Source: a virus
Taxonomy: Duplodnaviria; Caudoviricetes
Reading direction: 5' to 3' (one strand)
Length of the DNA: 64,000 nucleotides
Virus record (IMG/VR): IMGVR_UViG_3300020050_016625
Coordinates: 70,864 to 134,863 of that record
How positions within the stretch are numbered: the stretch's first letter is position 1; the number at the start of each line of letters is the position of its first letter. Of the stretch, positions 7,761-17,672 are shown one piece after another. Below the pieces are notes generated by a model. That model did no database searches. It was not told where the DNA came from and was given only the letters and a program-made list of their open reading frames with translations. The translations under genes and the position numbers were made by a program.

Positions 7761-10760
7761 ATGAAATACAGCATATTAAACGAAACTATCCCAAAAAACC
7801 AACGTGCCGAAATAAACAAACAATGTTTATCTTTGGTACGTACAAATAACCTGCAAGGCTTAACACCTAACGACATAGCAAATGCCTATACAGGTATAGG
7901 CGGTTTGCATGAATTAAATTTCAAAGACTTTACTTCTTATAATGCTTATTCAACTGCAAAGAAGGAAATAGAAAACGGGCAGTTTCTTACACCTATGCAA
8001 GTGTGTAATGATATTGTAAAATTGCTACCAATTAAAAATACAGATATTTGTGCAGATTTAACGTGTGGTATAGGACATTTCTTTAATCCCTTACCAAATG
8101 AATCAAACGTGTACGGCTGTGAATTAGATAACGATGCTTATACAATAGCAAAGTTTCTTTATCCAAACGCCAATATAGAAAATGCAGATATACGTAATTA
8201 TACGCCAAACACAAAGTTTGATTATATCGTAGGCAATCCTCCGTTCAATCTTTCATGGCAGATAGGGAGAGAAACACAAATAAGCCAAAATTATTTTACC
8301 TTCAAAGCAAGTAGCCTTTTGAAACCTGCTGGCATATTAGCGTTTATTGCGCCCGAAACATGGCTAAATGATAGCATGTATTACAGCAACCTGCTTATCC
8401 AAATAAATAACGAATTTAGCTTTATAGGGCAATACCTTTTGCCTACAAATACCTTTGCGCAATATGGTACAGATAACTTTGCTACCAAAGTGTTATTTTT
8501 CGCAAAGAAAACAAAGCATATTGCAGCTAATGAGTATATCCCTACGTATAATACCTATTCAGAAATAAGCGAAAAAATAGGCGTTTATATGCGTTTAAAG
8601 GAAAAGGCAAAACATTTCATTCATAAAGAGTTTTTAGCCCAAAATGACATAAAGCAACATGAAATTGATAGGGTAAAAAAATACTTATATGAGATAAAAA
8701 TACATGCTGTTTTGCAGCCGTTCTACAAAGAAGCGTTAAAGGCATATAATGACATGTTAAACCCTATTATGCCCGCTTGGATAGCAAATATTAAAGATTA
8801 TGAGGAGCGTTATAAGGAATGGGAAAAACTACGTGTAACTATGCCTAAACTTTTGCGTATGCTAAAACGCATAATCAAAAAACAATCTGCAAAACATGTT
8901 GATAAAATAGAGTGGGTAAAAATAAAGTCAGGCTATAAATTAAAGGCATACAGCCCGAAAATGCAAGCAAGTTTGAATAAGGAGAAATGTATTAAGCTAT
9001 ACATTACAAATGACTGTATAGCAAACGGCATTACGCCCTTAATTCCTAAACATCTGTTAAAGTCATTTAACCGCAAATTAAACGACCTTAATAAAACATC
9101 TATACCGATAAAGCAAATAGAAAGAGATGCTTCTATTGATAAATATGTAAGTGAATTTAGCTTTTTAAATGCAAGCAATACACAATGCTTTTTTGCGGAA
9201 AAACAAAAACACGATATAGGGCTAATTATTCAAAGGGATAGGTGTTTGCTTGCATGGCAGCAAGGTATAGGAAAAACGGCTGCTACTTATTGCTATGCGA
9301 AATATCATAACCAAAGAGTAAATTTTGTTTTGTCAATTTCGATAAGTGTACATATCACTTGGCGCAACTTCTTTGAACAACAAAACGAAAGTTATGCCAT
9401 TATCGAAAAGCGCAAAGATTTGCCTTTAATAATGACAAAAAAGAATATTGTCATTAGCTTGCAAATGCTTATCAAATACAAGAAAGAAATACGCAAATAC
9501 ATCAAACTGCTAAACAAGAAAGTTACGCTAATTTTTGACGAGTCAGATACCATTACGAATAGAAATACAAAAAGCGCAAAGGCTGTATTTGATTGCTTCA
9601 AAGATGTAAGCAGAAAAGTTCTTGCAACAGGCACAACGACACGTAACCGTATAAGTGAGTATTACCCACAATTAGAGTTGCTTTATAATAATAGTTACAA
9701 CCTTCTTTGCACCTGCGAAACTATCTACGTAGAATCTAAGGACAAAAAAATACAGCCCAAAGTAAACGATTATTATAATATGCCTTTTGATGCAAAGCAT
9801 GGAATGAGTTTATTTATTAAATGCTTTAATCCTACAAAAGCGACTGTATTTGGTGTACAAAGGGGCGACCAAAGTATTTACAATGAAAAGCATTTACGTA
9901 ACTTAATCGAAAAAACCGTAATTTCAAGAAAGTTTAAGGACGTGGTAGGCGATAAATACACAATAGAAAATGTGTTGTTTTCGCAAAGTGCGGAGGAGAA
10001 GGAAATATACTTGGATTTAATTACAAATATTCACAAGTATATACCAAAGGAATTAAACAAAAAAGACAGAATGTTTAGGGCTTTAAAGCAGCTAAATTTG
10101 CTTTTAAAGGCTACATCTATGCCACAAGCGATAAAAGGAAATTTCGTACCTACAAAAGCCTACGAAATATTCGATAAGGTGCATGAATTTAGCGACAAAA
10201 AAGTAGCAATAGGGGTAGGTAGCCATGAATCTATACACTACTACGAAATATGGCTAAAAGAACGTTTTGCAGATAGGGAGTTGTTTATCATTACAGGTAA
10301 CGACAAAGCAACAAAAGGTAAAAAGCAAATTTGTTCAGATAGGGAGAAAATTATAAAGGATTTTGAAGCAACAGAAAATGGGATTTTACTTTGCATACAA
10401 GCGAGCTTGTCTGCTTCTGTGAATATTGGTAGCTGTGATATTGTGTTGATTGAATATAAGCCGTACAATATACCAAAATTAGAACAGTTTATTTTTAGAT
10501 TCATACGCTATGATTCGTTAAACAAAAAGAAAGTATTTATATTTTCTTACACAGATACAATAGAAATGAATTTATTAGCACTTCTTTTGGATAAGGAAAA
10601 AGCAAATGAATATGGGAAAACATTAGAGTATAAAACAACAAATGAAATATTTGAAGACTTTAATGTGGAAACAAGCATTTTAGAAATGTTACTTTCAAAA
10701 GAAATAGATAGGGCAGGTAAAGTGTCTATTTCGTGGGGCGGTGGGCAGGTAGTTGAATAA
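7761..10760 (+). CDS. N6-adenine DNA methyltransferase fused to SNF2-type helicase (DarB-like)
   Basis: QFLTP, DLTCGIG, GCELD and NPPF MTase motifs; QQGIGKT, IFDESD and ATGT helicase motifs. Confidence 0.85.
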   Translation: MKYSILNETIPKNQRAEINKQCLSLVRTNNLQGLTPNDIANAYTGIGGLHELNFKDFTSYNAYSTAKKEIENGQFLTPMQVCNDIVKLLPIKNTDICADLTCGIGHFFNPLPNESNVYGCELDNDAYTIAKFLYPNANIENADIRNYTPNTKFDYIVGNPPFNLSWQIGRETQISQNYFTFKASSLLKPAGILAFIAPETWLNDSMYYSNLLIQINNEFSFIGQYLLPTNTFAQYGTDNFATKVLFFAKKTKHIAANEYIPTYNTYSEISEKIGVYMRLKEKAKHFIHKEFLAQNDIKQHEIDRVKKYLYEIKIHAVLQPFYKEALKAYNDMLNPIMPAWIANIKDYEERYKEWEKLRVTMPKLLRMLKRIIKKQSAKHVDKIEWVKIKSGYKLKAYSPKMQASLNKEKCIKLYITNDCIANGITPLIPKHLLKSFNRKLNDLNKTSIPIKQIERDASIDKYVSEFSFLNASNTQCFFAEKQKHDIGLIIQRDRCLLAWQQGIGKTAATYCYAKYHNQRVNFVLSISISVHITWRNFFEQQNESYAIIEKRKDLPLIMTKKNIVISLQMLIKYKKEIRKYIKLLNKKVTLIFDESDTITNRNTKSAKAVFDCFKDVSRKVLATGTTTRNRISEYYPQLELLYNNSYNLLCTCETIYVESKDKKIQPKVNDYYNMPFDAKHGMSLFIKCFNPTKATVFGVQRGDQSIYNEKHLRNLIEKTVISRKFKDVVGDKYTIENVLFSQSAEEKEIYLDLITNIHKYIPKELNKKDRMFRALKQLNLLLKATSMPQAIKGNFVPTKAYEIFDKVHEFSDKKVAIGVGSHESIHYYEIWLKERFADRELFIITGNDKATKGKKQICSDREKIIKDFEATENGILLCIQASLSASVNIGSCDIVLIEYKPYNIPKLEQFIFRFIRYDSLNKKKVFIFSYTDTIEMNLLALLLDKEKANEYGKTLEYKTTNEIFEDFNVETSILEMLLSKEIDRAGKVSISWGGGQVVE

Positions 10761-10787
10761 AAAGAAGGTTTCAATATTGATTTATTG

Positions 10788-10815
10788 AAACCTTTTTATT
10801 TTGAGTGCGTATAAG
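10788..10815 (+). promoter_or_regulatory. ECF-type promoter
   Basis: AAACCTTTT...GCGTATAAG. Confidence 0.65.
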
Positions 10816-10835
10816 CAGGGTAAAATAATAATCGT

Positions 10836-11657
10836 ATGAATATCAAAAATCAGTTTGATTTGTATAAATTTATCATAGATAACAAAATTTATGCAAACTC
10901 TTTATTTTGGCTTTTTAGAAAGCACTTTGAAGGAATTGCCTTCAAAACGCCAAAGGGTAAAAGTATTTTAATTCAGGATATAAAAAGTGTAAAAGATATG
11001 AATATTACCTTTGGCGGTAAATCGTATGGGATTACACCATTTATAAGAAAGAGATTCTTTGAAAACGCAAATAAGGATAGTGATTTTATAGCCTATTTGG
11101 AGAAAATAAATGCAGCCTTAGATAAATGCGAGAAACCTATTAATGCTATGAATAGTTATAGTAAGGTTGTTTACTCAAATAAGGATTTAGATATGCAGGT
11201 AGAACAATATAGGGCAGTTGCTGAAAATAAATACGCTGGTAGTTTGTTTGATAGTTATTCAAATCTTACTGATTTTTTGAATAAGCAATACTATACAACT
11301 ATCATAAATTACATTTTAAAAGAAATAGTTTATGATAATGGTGTAAAAATAAAGGATATTAAGAAAAGTGCAACAGTAGGCTATATACATGTTATTTTGG
11401 CAGATAAAACCGCTTATACTGTAAGTTTTGTAGATTTTATAGGTGGTGGTAAGAAATTGAAAGAAATAGAAGATAGTAGTTACTTTGATTTTTATAGGAA
11501 AATAAAGAATGATTATGATTTAAGCCTATATTTCGATGCAAAAAAGAAAAAAGCTAATGAGATAAATAAGATAAATGAGATAAATATTAAGGCACAAAGA
11601 GAACTTGAAATAAATGCAAATGCAGCTTTATATGAAATAAGAAAACTGCTTTATTGA
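10836..11657 (+). CDS. Hypothetical protein
   Basis: 273 aa ORF; weak similarity to 2283 (GGKS motif). Confidence 0.6.
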   Translation: MNIKNQFDLYKFIIDNKIYANSLFWLFRKHFEGIAFKTPKGKSILIQDIKSVKDMNITFGGKSYGITPFIRKRFFENANKDSDFIAYLEKINAALDKCEKPINAMNSYSKVVYSNKDLDMQVEQYRAVAENKYAGSLFDSYSNLTDFLNKQYYTTIINYILKEIVYDNGVKIKDIKKSATVGYIHVILADKTAYTVSFVDFIGGGKKLKEIEDSSYFDFYRKIKNDYDLSLYFDAKKKKANEINKINEINIKAQRELEINANAALYEIRKLLY

Positions 11658-11684
11658 AACCTTCTTATTTTGAGTGCGTACAAG
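11657..11684 (+). promoter_or_regulatory. ECF-type promoter
   Basis: 33/35 identical to the copy at 10781. Confidence 0.65.
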
Positions 11685-11700
11685 TGCAATATAATGGGCA

Positions 11701-11725
11701 GCCGAAAACGTTTAATAGAGTAGGC
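11701..11725 (+). ncRNA. Putative bulged-G leader hairpin
   Basis: GCC-GAA...AGTA-GGC. Confidence 0.5.
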
Positions 11726-11749
11726 GTAATTAATTTTAGAATTTATCGT

Positions 11750-12031
11750 ATGCAGCCAAAAGATTTTTCAAAAAAAGTACCGCTTAGTAGTGTGTTTCAA
11801 AGAGCAGAATGTGAAAATTTAGCGTGTAGAATTTTGCATTTTACAGAAACATGGGAAAAACCCCTTACATGGGAAGAGTATTACGAAACAATGACACAAG
11901 CAGACAAAAATGTAGCAAGTGCAGTAAAGAGAGACTTTGAAAGAGTAATGCCTTATTTAGCAAGTGCAGAAAAATGCGCTACATTTTCGCCTGCATGGAG
12001 AAAGTTATTTGAAAGTAACCAAGCAGGGTAA
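11750..12031 (+). CDS. Hypothetical protein
   Basis: True start is likely ATG 11750, downstream of the promoter and leader. Confidence 0.65.
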   Translation: MQPKDFSKKVPLSSVFQRAECENLACRILHFTETWEKPLTWEEYYETMTQADKNVASAVKRDFERVMPYLASAEKCATFSPAWRKLFESNQAG

Positions 12032-12100
12032 AAACAGTTTGGATAGTTTAATGTAGATACTGCATGTTTGTGTAGTATCTACTTTTTTTAGCTTAAATTG

Positions 12101-12128
12101 AAACCTTTGCAGATAGGTTGCGTTTAAG
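12101..12128 (+). promoter_or_regulatory. ECF-type promoter
   Basis: AAACCTTT...GCGTTTAAG. Confidence 0.6.
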
Positions 12129-12143
12129 TATGTATAAGCAGCA

Positions 12144-12169
12144 GCCGAATAGCTTTTGATATAGTAGGC
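12144..12169 (+). ncRNA. Putative bulged-G leader hairpin
   Basis: GCC-GAA...AGTA-GGC. Confidence 0.5.
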
Positions 12170-12195
12170 AATAAGTTTTTTAAGTATTTATTTAT

Positions 12196-13083
12196 ATGCA
12201 AATCGTAGAATTAAAAACGAAATTACAAGCTATTTATCCGCAAATAAAAGGCTTCCAATATGATTTTCAAGTGAAAGATTTTCTTTCTAATGAATCGTAT
12301 TTAATACGTGAGTTAGCCTTGAATATGTTTCGTAACAATGGAAATGTCTCCTATAAAGAATCGCAATATCCGCTATTTCCAATGGATAGACAGGCAAGTG
12401 TAAAGCCCGTTATTAGACAGCTTAGAGGTTATGGAGACTTCTGTTTTGCAATAGGCGAAATAGAACACTATGATGCAGGTCAATATAATTATTGGGATAG
12501 CGTAGTTTGCCTACCAAGAGAGTTGGCAAAACTTTTTGTATGGAAATTTAACGATTTTTCAGGAATAGAAATTGAAAACGAAAAAGAAGTTTTTGAGTTT
12601 TTGGGAATCAATAGAAAGCCGCTATCTGAAAAAAGAAACCGCCCCGAAGTTTACTTAGAAAACATACTAATATCACGTCTCCCCGAACAAGCCATAAATA
12701 CTATTCCCGAAATAGGGTGGTGGAGTAGCGACTTTTCGGGCTACGGTAGCTTAATTAGACGACCTTTTGAAGGCGAAATAACAGAAGATGTTATACATGA
12801 GTGTATAAGACAAATAGGCTATACTGCAAAAGATGTCGTAGATTTCAATGAGGCTAAAAATGAGTATATGCAGTACCATTATCAAAAAAAGTTTTTAGAA
12901 GAAAGAATCTTACCATTCATGTCAAAATTTTCATATACTATTGCAGAAGGGCATTACAAGGGTCGCCCAACAGGAATGAAAAGAGGTGCAGAAAATCAAC
13001 AAACTATATCTCCAAAAACATTACAAGATTTAACTCTCTTTGCAGGTTTAGGTGTATTTGTTGTAACTCATAAAAAACAATAA
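12196..13083 (+). CDS. Hypothetical protein
   Basis: 295 aa ORF. Confidence 0.65.
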   Translation: MQIVELKTKLQAIYPQIKGFQYDFQVKDFLSNESYLIRELALNMFRNNGNVSYKESQYPLFPMDRQASVKPVIRQLRGYGDFCFAIGEIEHYDAGQYNYWDSVVCLPRELAKLFVWKFNDFSGIEIENEKEVFEFLGINRKPLSEKRNRPEVYLENILISRLPEQAINTIPEIGWWSSDFSGYGSLIRRPFEGEITEDVIHECIRQIGYTAKDVVDFNEAKNEYMQYHYQKKFLEERILPFMSKFSYTIAEGHYKGRPTGMKRGAENQQTISPKTLQDLTLFAGLGVFVVTHKKQ

Positions 13084-13173
13084 TTTCGATAGGGTTTTAT
13101 TGGTTAAAACAAATCTCACAAACAAATTAAACAGTTATCAGTTATTCCCATATAACTATTAACTGTTTTTTTT

Positions 13174-13725
13174 ATGAATAAAGTAGAATTTGACTTACAA
13201 GCGCATCAACTAAGGATTGATATTCTCACGTATGCAGAAAAAGCGTATCAGGATATTAACAAGCATATCAATTTAGTAGCAGAAAACCTACGTAGGATTG
13301 AAAGAGAGTTTGAATTATTAGGCGTTAGTGCCACAAGTTGCAGCGTTACCCAAAGCACATCTATTCGAGTATGCAAAGCAGATTGCTTAAACACATGGGA
13401 AATTGCGCCAAACTTTGTGATTGTATTAGAATATCGCTGCATAATCAAACTTGCAATAAGCGACCTGTTCAATGGAATTGATAAGCAGGTAGATATAAAC
13501 CCTTTTGATAGTTCCGCAGATATTTATTCAAATGTATTGTACGATATTTCAAGCCACAAGCCATATATTGAGTGTAAGGTATTAAGCAATGAGTACCTGC
13601 ATACACTTAGTAGTGCAAAATTACGCCTTTTAAACATGCCAAAGTTCACAGATAGTATTTGTAAGGAAATACAGGAATCAAACGAAATACAGGCTATAAA
13701 AGACATGTATGTTAATTTAGGATAA
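13174..13725 (+). CDS. Hypothetical protein
   Basis: 183 aa ORF. Confidence 0.6.
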   Translation: MNKVEFDLQAHQLRIDILTYAEKAYQDINKHINLVAENLRRIEREFELLGVSATSCSVTQSTSIRVCKADCLNTWEIAPNFVIVLEYRCIIKLAISDLFNGIDKQVDINPFDSSADIYSNVLYDISSHKPYIECKVLSNEYLHTLSSAKLRLLNMPKFTDSICKEIQESNEIQAIKDMYVNLG

Positions 13726-13779
13726 GTAAACAAATCAATGAGTTATTGGTTATTCATATATAACTAATAACTGTTTTTT

Positions 13780-14058
13780 ATGACAAAAAGCACAAAGAAG
13801 CTAATCACTTATTTAGAGAGTATAGGCTATAAAGAATATTACGAAGGCGAAAACCTAATTATGCTACAAAATGCAGAAAAGGAAATACATGTAGGGGTAG
13901 ATACAGCACTTAGCATATTCCAAATACTGCCTCAAAAAACAATGCAAACAAATGCAGTCGTATTACCCATTAAAACCGTATCGCAGTTATCTATGATACT
14001 TTCTTTGGCAGAAAACCTGCCTAAAAACGACTTATCAGAAGCGAAATATTTATTTTAG
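13780..14058 (+). CDS. Hypothetical protein
   Basis: 92 aa ORF. Confidence 0.6.
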   Translation: MTKSTKKLITYLESIGYKEYYEGENLIMLQNAEKEIHVGVDTALSIFQILPQKTMQTNAVVLPIKTVSQLSMILSLAENLPKNDLSEAKYLF

Positions 14059-14102
14059 TAGTCAGCTCAATAATTATAAAAATATTAAATCAAGTTTGTA
14101 AA

Positions 14103-14576
14103 ATGAAAACAAGAAAAGAAATTAAAAGCCTATATCTATTTGAGGCTATGGCTATTATAGAGCAGGAAATTAATAGTAAGAACATTCTCAATATTACGAA
14201 TGAGGCATTAAGTATATTAAACCAAATAAAAGCAAATGATTGCCGTACTGTATTTGAGTTTGATATGGTTAATAGACACGACTTAACGCCAAAGAATATA
14301 GCAGCAAAAGCTATTACTTATATCGTTCAATATACAGATAATTTTTTGTATGATACTATTGCAGGTAAGTTTGTATTGTATGATAAATATGCTATTGCAT
14401 ACAAAGGTGTTGTATCTGAAAAAACAAATATACACGTTTCATTAACAGATATTCTAAACCCTACATATCCTTCAAATGGCAGCAAGCATGAAAGTGAATT
14501 AGAGAATATATTAGGATTTGATAGGGTAGCGTTTGAAAATTACGACTTATTTTGTCAAATCAATAGCAATAGGTAA
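14103..14576 (+). CDS. Hypothetical protein
   Basis: 157 aa ORF, coupled to the next gene. Confidence 0.6.
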   Translation: MKTRKEIKSLYLFEAMAIIEQEINSKNILNITNEALSILNQIKANDCRTVFEFDMVNRHDLTPKNIAAKAITYIVQYTDNFLYDTIAGKFVLYDKYAIAYKGVVSEKTNIHVSLTDILNPTYPSNGSKHESELENILGFDRVAFENYDLFCQINSNR

Positions 14577-14995
14577 TGGAATATCATAATAACAATCATT
14601 TCGATATAAAGCATGTTAAGGAAATAACAGATATAAAACCAAAAACTATATCTGTTATTTTCTTTCAGATGCTCTATGTAGAAAATACAGGGTATTTTCC
14701 TATATTTGTGCGTAAATCTGAAATATCTATCAAGCATTTCAGCATAAAGAAGGTAGGCGAAATAAAAAACATTTCGCTTAAACGTCAATCTTTGGAAGGC
14801 TACTTAAATAGCTTTAAATGGGCAAATATAGGTACTAATCATTTTACGTGTGTACAATACAAAGAGTATCTATTATCACTATTTACGAGTTATCATGCAC
14901 TAATTGAGGAGGCTAATAGTATTTCAGTAAAACAGTCAAACATACCTGCATTTAAGGAGTTATTTGTAGCTTATTTGGCATTAAATTTTAAGTAA
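14576..14995 (+). CDS. Hypothetical protein
   Basis: TAATG overlap with the previous gene. Confidence 0.6.
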   Translation: MEYHNNNHFDIKHVKEITDIKPKTISVIFFQMLYVENTGYFPIFVRKSEISIKHFSIKKVGEIKNISLKRQSLEGYLNSFKWANIGTNHFTCVQYKEYLLSLFTSYHALIEEANSISVKQSNIPAFKELFVAYLALNFK

Positions 14996-15144
14996 TATGG
15001 CAAAAACAAGAGTTTTATTTATCGGTGGCGATAATTTCGCAGCCTTAGCATTTCAAGAAAAGTATAATGGTTCTTTAATCAGTGATGTTATCCCTAAATT
15101 AGATTTTGAGAATGGGGAAAATATTGCTAATTACGATGAATCTG

Positions 15145-16501
15145 TAGTTCGTAATACCATAGAAAACTATGTCATTACTTTATAGTCAAAACTATTGGGC
15201 TAACTACTAAGCCCTCTACACCATTGTTAAAAACGTTTGATGCTACCTTTTTAAGTATCTGCAAAGAACCATTCAAGTCTGCATTAATAACCTTACCGCT
15301 ACTACTTTTAAACAACCCCCTTTTTACCCTGCGACCTTTGTATTTATCCTTTTTAGTAGGACTTTCTTTGTCAAGAAAACTTGTTTTTGAAGTATATGAT
15401 TCTTCTGTTTTAATGACTGAAATACCTTGTAAGTCGCATTTGTATTGCAACATATCAATAGCCTTTGCAAATGGAATTTGCGTAAAATTTTGGTTATTCT
15501 TTACACCTATATTTATCCCTTGTTTCCATTCTTTATTATATCCTACTATTAAAGTAGTTATATCATTTGAAACTAAGTGGCTAACAACCTTAGATGTGGC
15601 TTTATGCAAATAATCGCTAATTTTCCTATTCCTTTTTGCAGTAAGTTTACTTAATTTTTTACTATTCTTTCTGTTTTCTCCAAATTGTTTATTTAACTTT
15701 TCTTGTATATCTGCCTTCTTTTTATTGTAATACTGATTCATTGATTTTAAGGGTTTGCCGTTTATGATTATAGGGCTTATTATATTACTACCAATAGTCA
15801 TAAAGTTGTTTACCCCAAAATCAATAGCACAGTATCTATTATTATTTTCTTTCTTTTCTACATTTTCAACTCTATATACAACCTCAATAAAATAGGTCTT
15901 ATCCTTATTTGGAATAACTCTTATTTCATTTATATTTTGCTTTTTGGTTATTACACTAATGTTTGTTCCTGATAACTTATTTCCTTTATTTATCGCTTGC
16001 TTATTGTAAATCAATATAAACCTACCCTTTTCTTTATGTTTGAATTTTGGCTGTTTCGGAAGTCCTTTGAATTTACTTGCATCTTTCTTGTATGCCTTTA
16101 ACGCTGCAAAATATGCTTTATAGGATTTATCAAGTTTTATCAATACCTGCTGACTGACTTTTCTTGGTAATGCAGTAAAACATTCATGGTCTTTCATTAG
16201 GTTAATCATATCAAAACCACCTAAATACTTATTACCATTTTTGTGATTTTCCCTTAGTATATACAAAGCACTATTATATAGATTTTTAGCCTTAAATGCT
16301 AAACTATCTATTTCCTTGTAAATTATGTTACTTGGTTTTATTAAGTGCTTTTCTACTAATTGCATGTTAGCCTTAAACTATTTTAGTTTTTATTCGTTAT
16401 CTATCATACAAATATACGAAAATTAATTTTCAATACCAAACTTTTCTGTAAAATTCTATTGAAAATTATTAACTTTACTCATACATGTTTCTTACGAACT
16501 A
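15145..16501 (-). mobile_element. Non-autonomous TnpB-only element (IS607/IS200-605 related) with 10-bp terminal inverted repeats
   Basis: TAGTTCGTAA (15145-15154) and TTACGAACTA (16492-16501); TA at both junctions; no transposase gene. Confidence 0.75.
15175..16365 (-). CDS. tnpB: RNA-guided endonuclease TnpB family protein
   Basis: KNLYNSALY, AIDFGVNN, DYLHKAT, EESYTSK and NADLNGS motifs. Confidence 0.93.
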   Translation of the reverse strand: MQLVEKHLIKPSNIIYKEIDSLAFKAKNLYNSALYILRENHKNGNKYLGGFDMINLMKDHECFTALPRKVSQQVLIKLDKSYKAYFAALKAYKKDASKFKGLPKQPKFKHKEKGRFILIYNKQAINKGNKLSGTNISVITKKQNINEIRVIPNKDKTYFIEVVYRVENVEKKENNNRYCAIDFGVNNFMTIGSNIISPIIINGKPLKSMNQYYNKKKADIQEKLNKQFGENRKNSKKLSKLTAKRNRKISDYLHKATSKVVSHLVSNDITTLIVGYNKEWKQGINIGVKNNQNFTQIPFAKAIDMLQYKCDLQGISVIKTEESYTSKTSFLDKESPTKKDKYKGRRVKRGLFKSSSGKVINADLNGSLQILKKVASNVFNNGVEGLVVSPIVLTIK

Positions 16502-16695
16502 AAAGAGTTCAATGTAGTTGCAGACGATAATTTATTATCTCTATTGCAAGCGGTAAAAGATGAATCGGATTACGATTATCTAAAAGGGAAGAATTATTAC
16601 CCTGAAAATCACATAGTAGGTAATAGATATAAATATTAAGCAATATGAGTGCAGATTAAAGAAGTAGTAGCATTAAAATAGTGCTACTACTTCTT

Positions 16696-17304
16696 TTACA
16701 TTATTCTCATAATATAACTTGTGTCATTATTTGACTTTAATACAACCCTATAAACTAAACCTAAATTAGGCTTATAATAAGATATTGAATTAGCTAAAAT
16801 AACGCCACATAATGTATCTTTAATTGTACTATATATAACGCAATTGTCATATATTTGCCCATTTACTGTTATGGTTGTATCTATATACAATGTCGTACTA
16901 TACTGCATTATTTGGCAGTTATTAGTAGTCCATAATGCAGATACAAATGTATCATTTACACTTGTAGGATATTTTATATAACTATAATTACCATTTCTTT
17001 CAGAAGTTAGTCCTGCTGTTGTATTTTGAAGTTTGTAATAAGCAATATAATTATCGCTTGTATATCTCATTTTGTATGCAGGCAGTCCATTTAAAACCGC
17101 CGTATCTACTATTTTTTCACTAATTGAATACAAATAGATTCTACTTGAATCATAAATACTTATTTCATAATTCCATACCATTGTCGTGTCCAATGGAACA
17201 ACACCAAATTGCTTTGCATAAAACCCATTAGGGTTTATTTCTGTATTTTCGCAGGAGAAAAAACAGAGGCAAAGGATAAATAATACTAAATTTTTCATAT
17301 CCAA
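16696..17304 (-). CDS. Putative lipoprotein (moron-like)
   Basis: SPII signal LVLFILCLCFFSC; beta-rich; opposite strand to neighbours. Confidence 0.65.
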   Translation of the reverse strand: MDMKNLVLFILCLCFFSCENTEINPNGFYAKQFGVVPLDTTMVWNYEISIYDSSRIYLYSISEKIVDTAVLNGLPAYKMRYTSDNYIAYYKLQNTTAGLTSERNGNYSYIKYPTSVNDTFVSALWTTNNCQIMQYSTTLYIDTTITVNGQIYDNCVIYSTIKDTLCGVILANSISYYKPNLGLVYRVVLKSNNDTSYIMRIM

Positions 17305-17435
17305 CTAATTAATATACAAACATAAACAACTTTTTAGTAAGTTGAGTAAAATCCTATATTTTATAATAACCAATACTGTAAAATATAAAAAAAATGATTA
17401 TATTTGTGCTTTAATCACAATTTAATACGCAAAAT

Positions 17436-17600
17436 ATGCTTAACGAAGCGACAAATCAAGAAAAATTAGAACTAATGAGAATCAAGTTAGAAGTTCTAAA
17501 AATCGCCGTAAACGAATCGAGTGGCTCACATCAAGATGCCTTGAAACTTTTTGAGCAGTACATAGAATTGGTTTCTGTAAAAACAGTAACATCTACGTAA
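17436..17600 (+). CDS. Small hypothetical protein (54 aa)
   Basis: MLNEATNQEKLELM...; TATATTTG promoter upstream, hairpin downstream. Confidence 0.5.
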   Translation: MLNEATNQEKLELMRIKLEVLKIAVNESSGSHQDALKLFEQYIELVSVKTVTST

Positions 17601-17672
17601 AATAAAAAGCAATGTGCCTAAAAACACATTGTTTTTTTAAAAAATATCAATACAAATAATTTAATAAAAAAT

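Larger units (their letters stand above)
14997..16639 (+). pseudogene. Small gene split by the TnpB element (14997-15146 plus 16502-16639)
   Basis: Removing the element restores the in-frame sequence ...NYDESV|KEFNVVADD...RYKY*. Confidence 0.75.

Noticed and set aside
12060-12075. CTGCAT-N4-GTGTAG as a ninth palindrome cassette
   Set aside because: There is no -7 box at 38 bp, and it forms part of a terminator hairpin.
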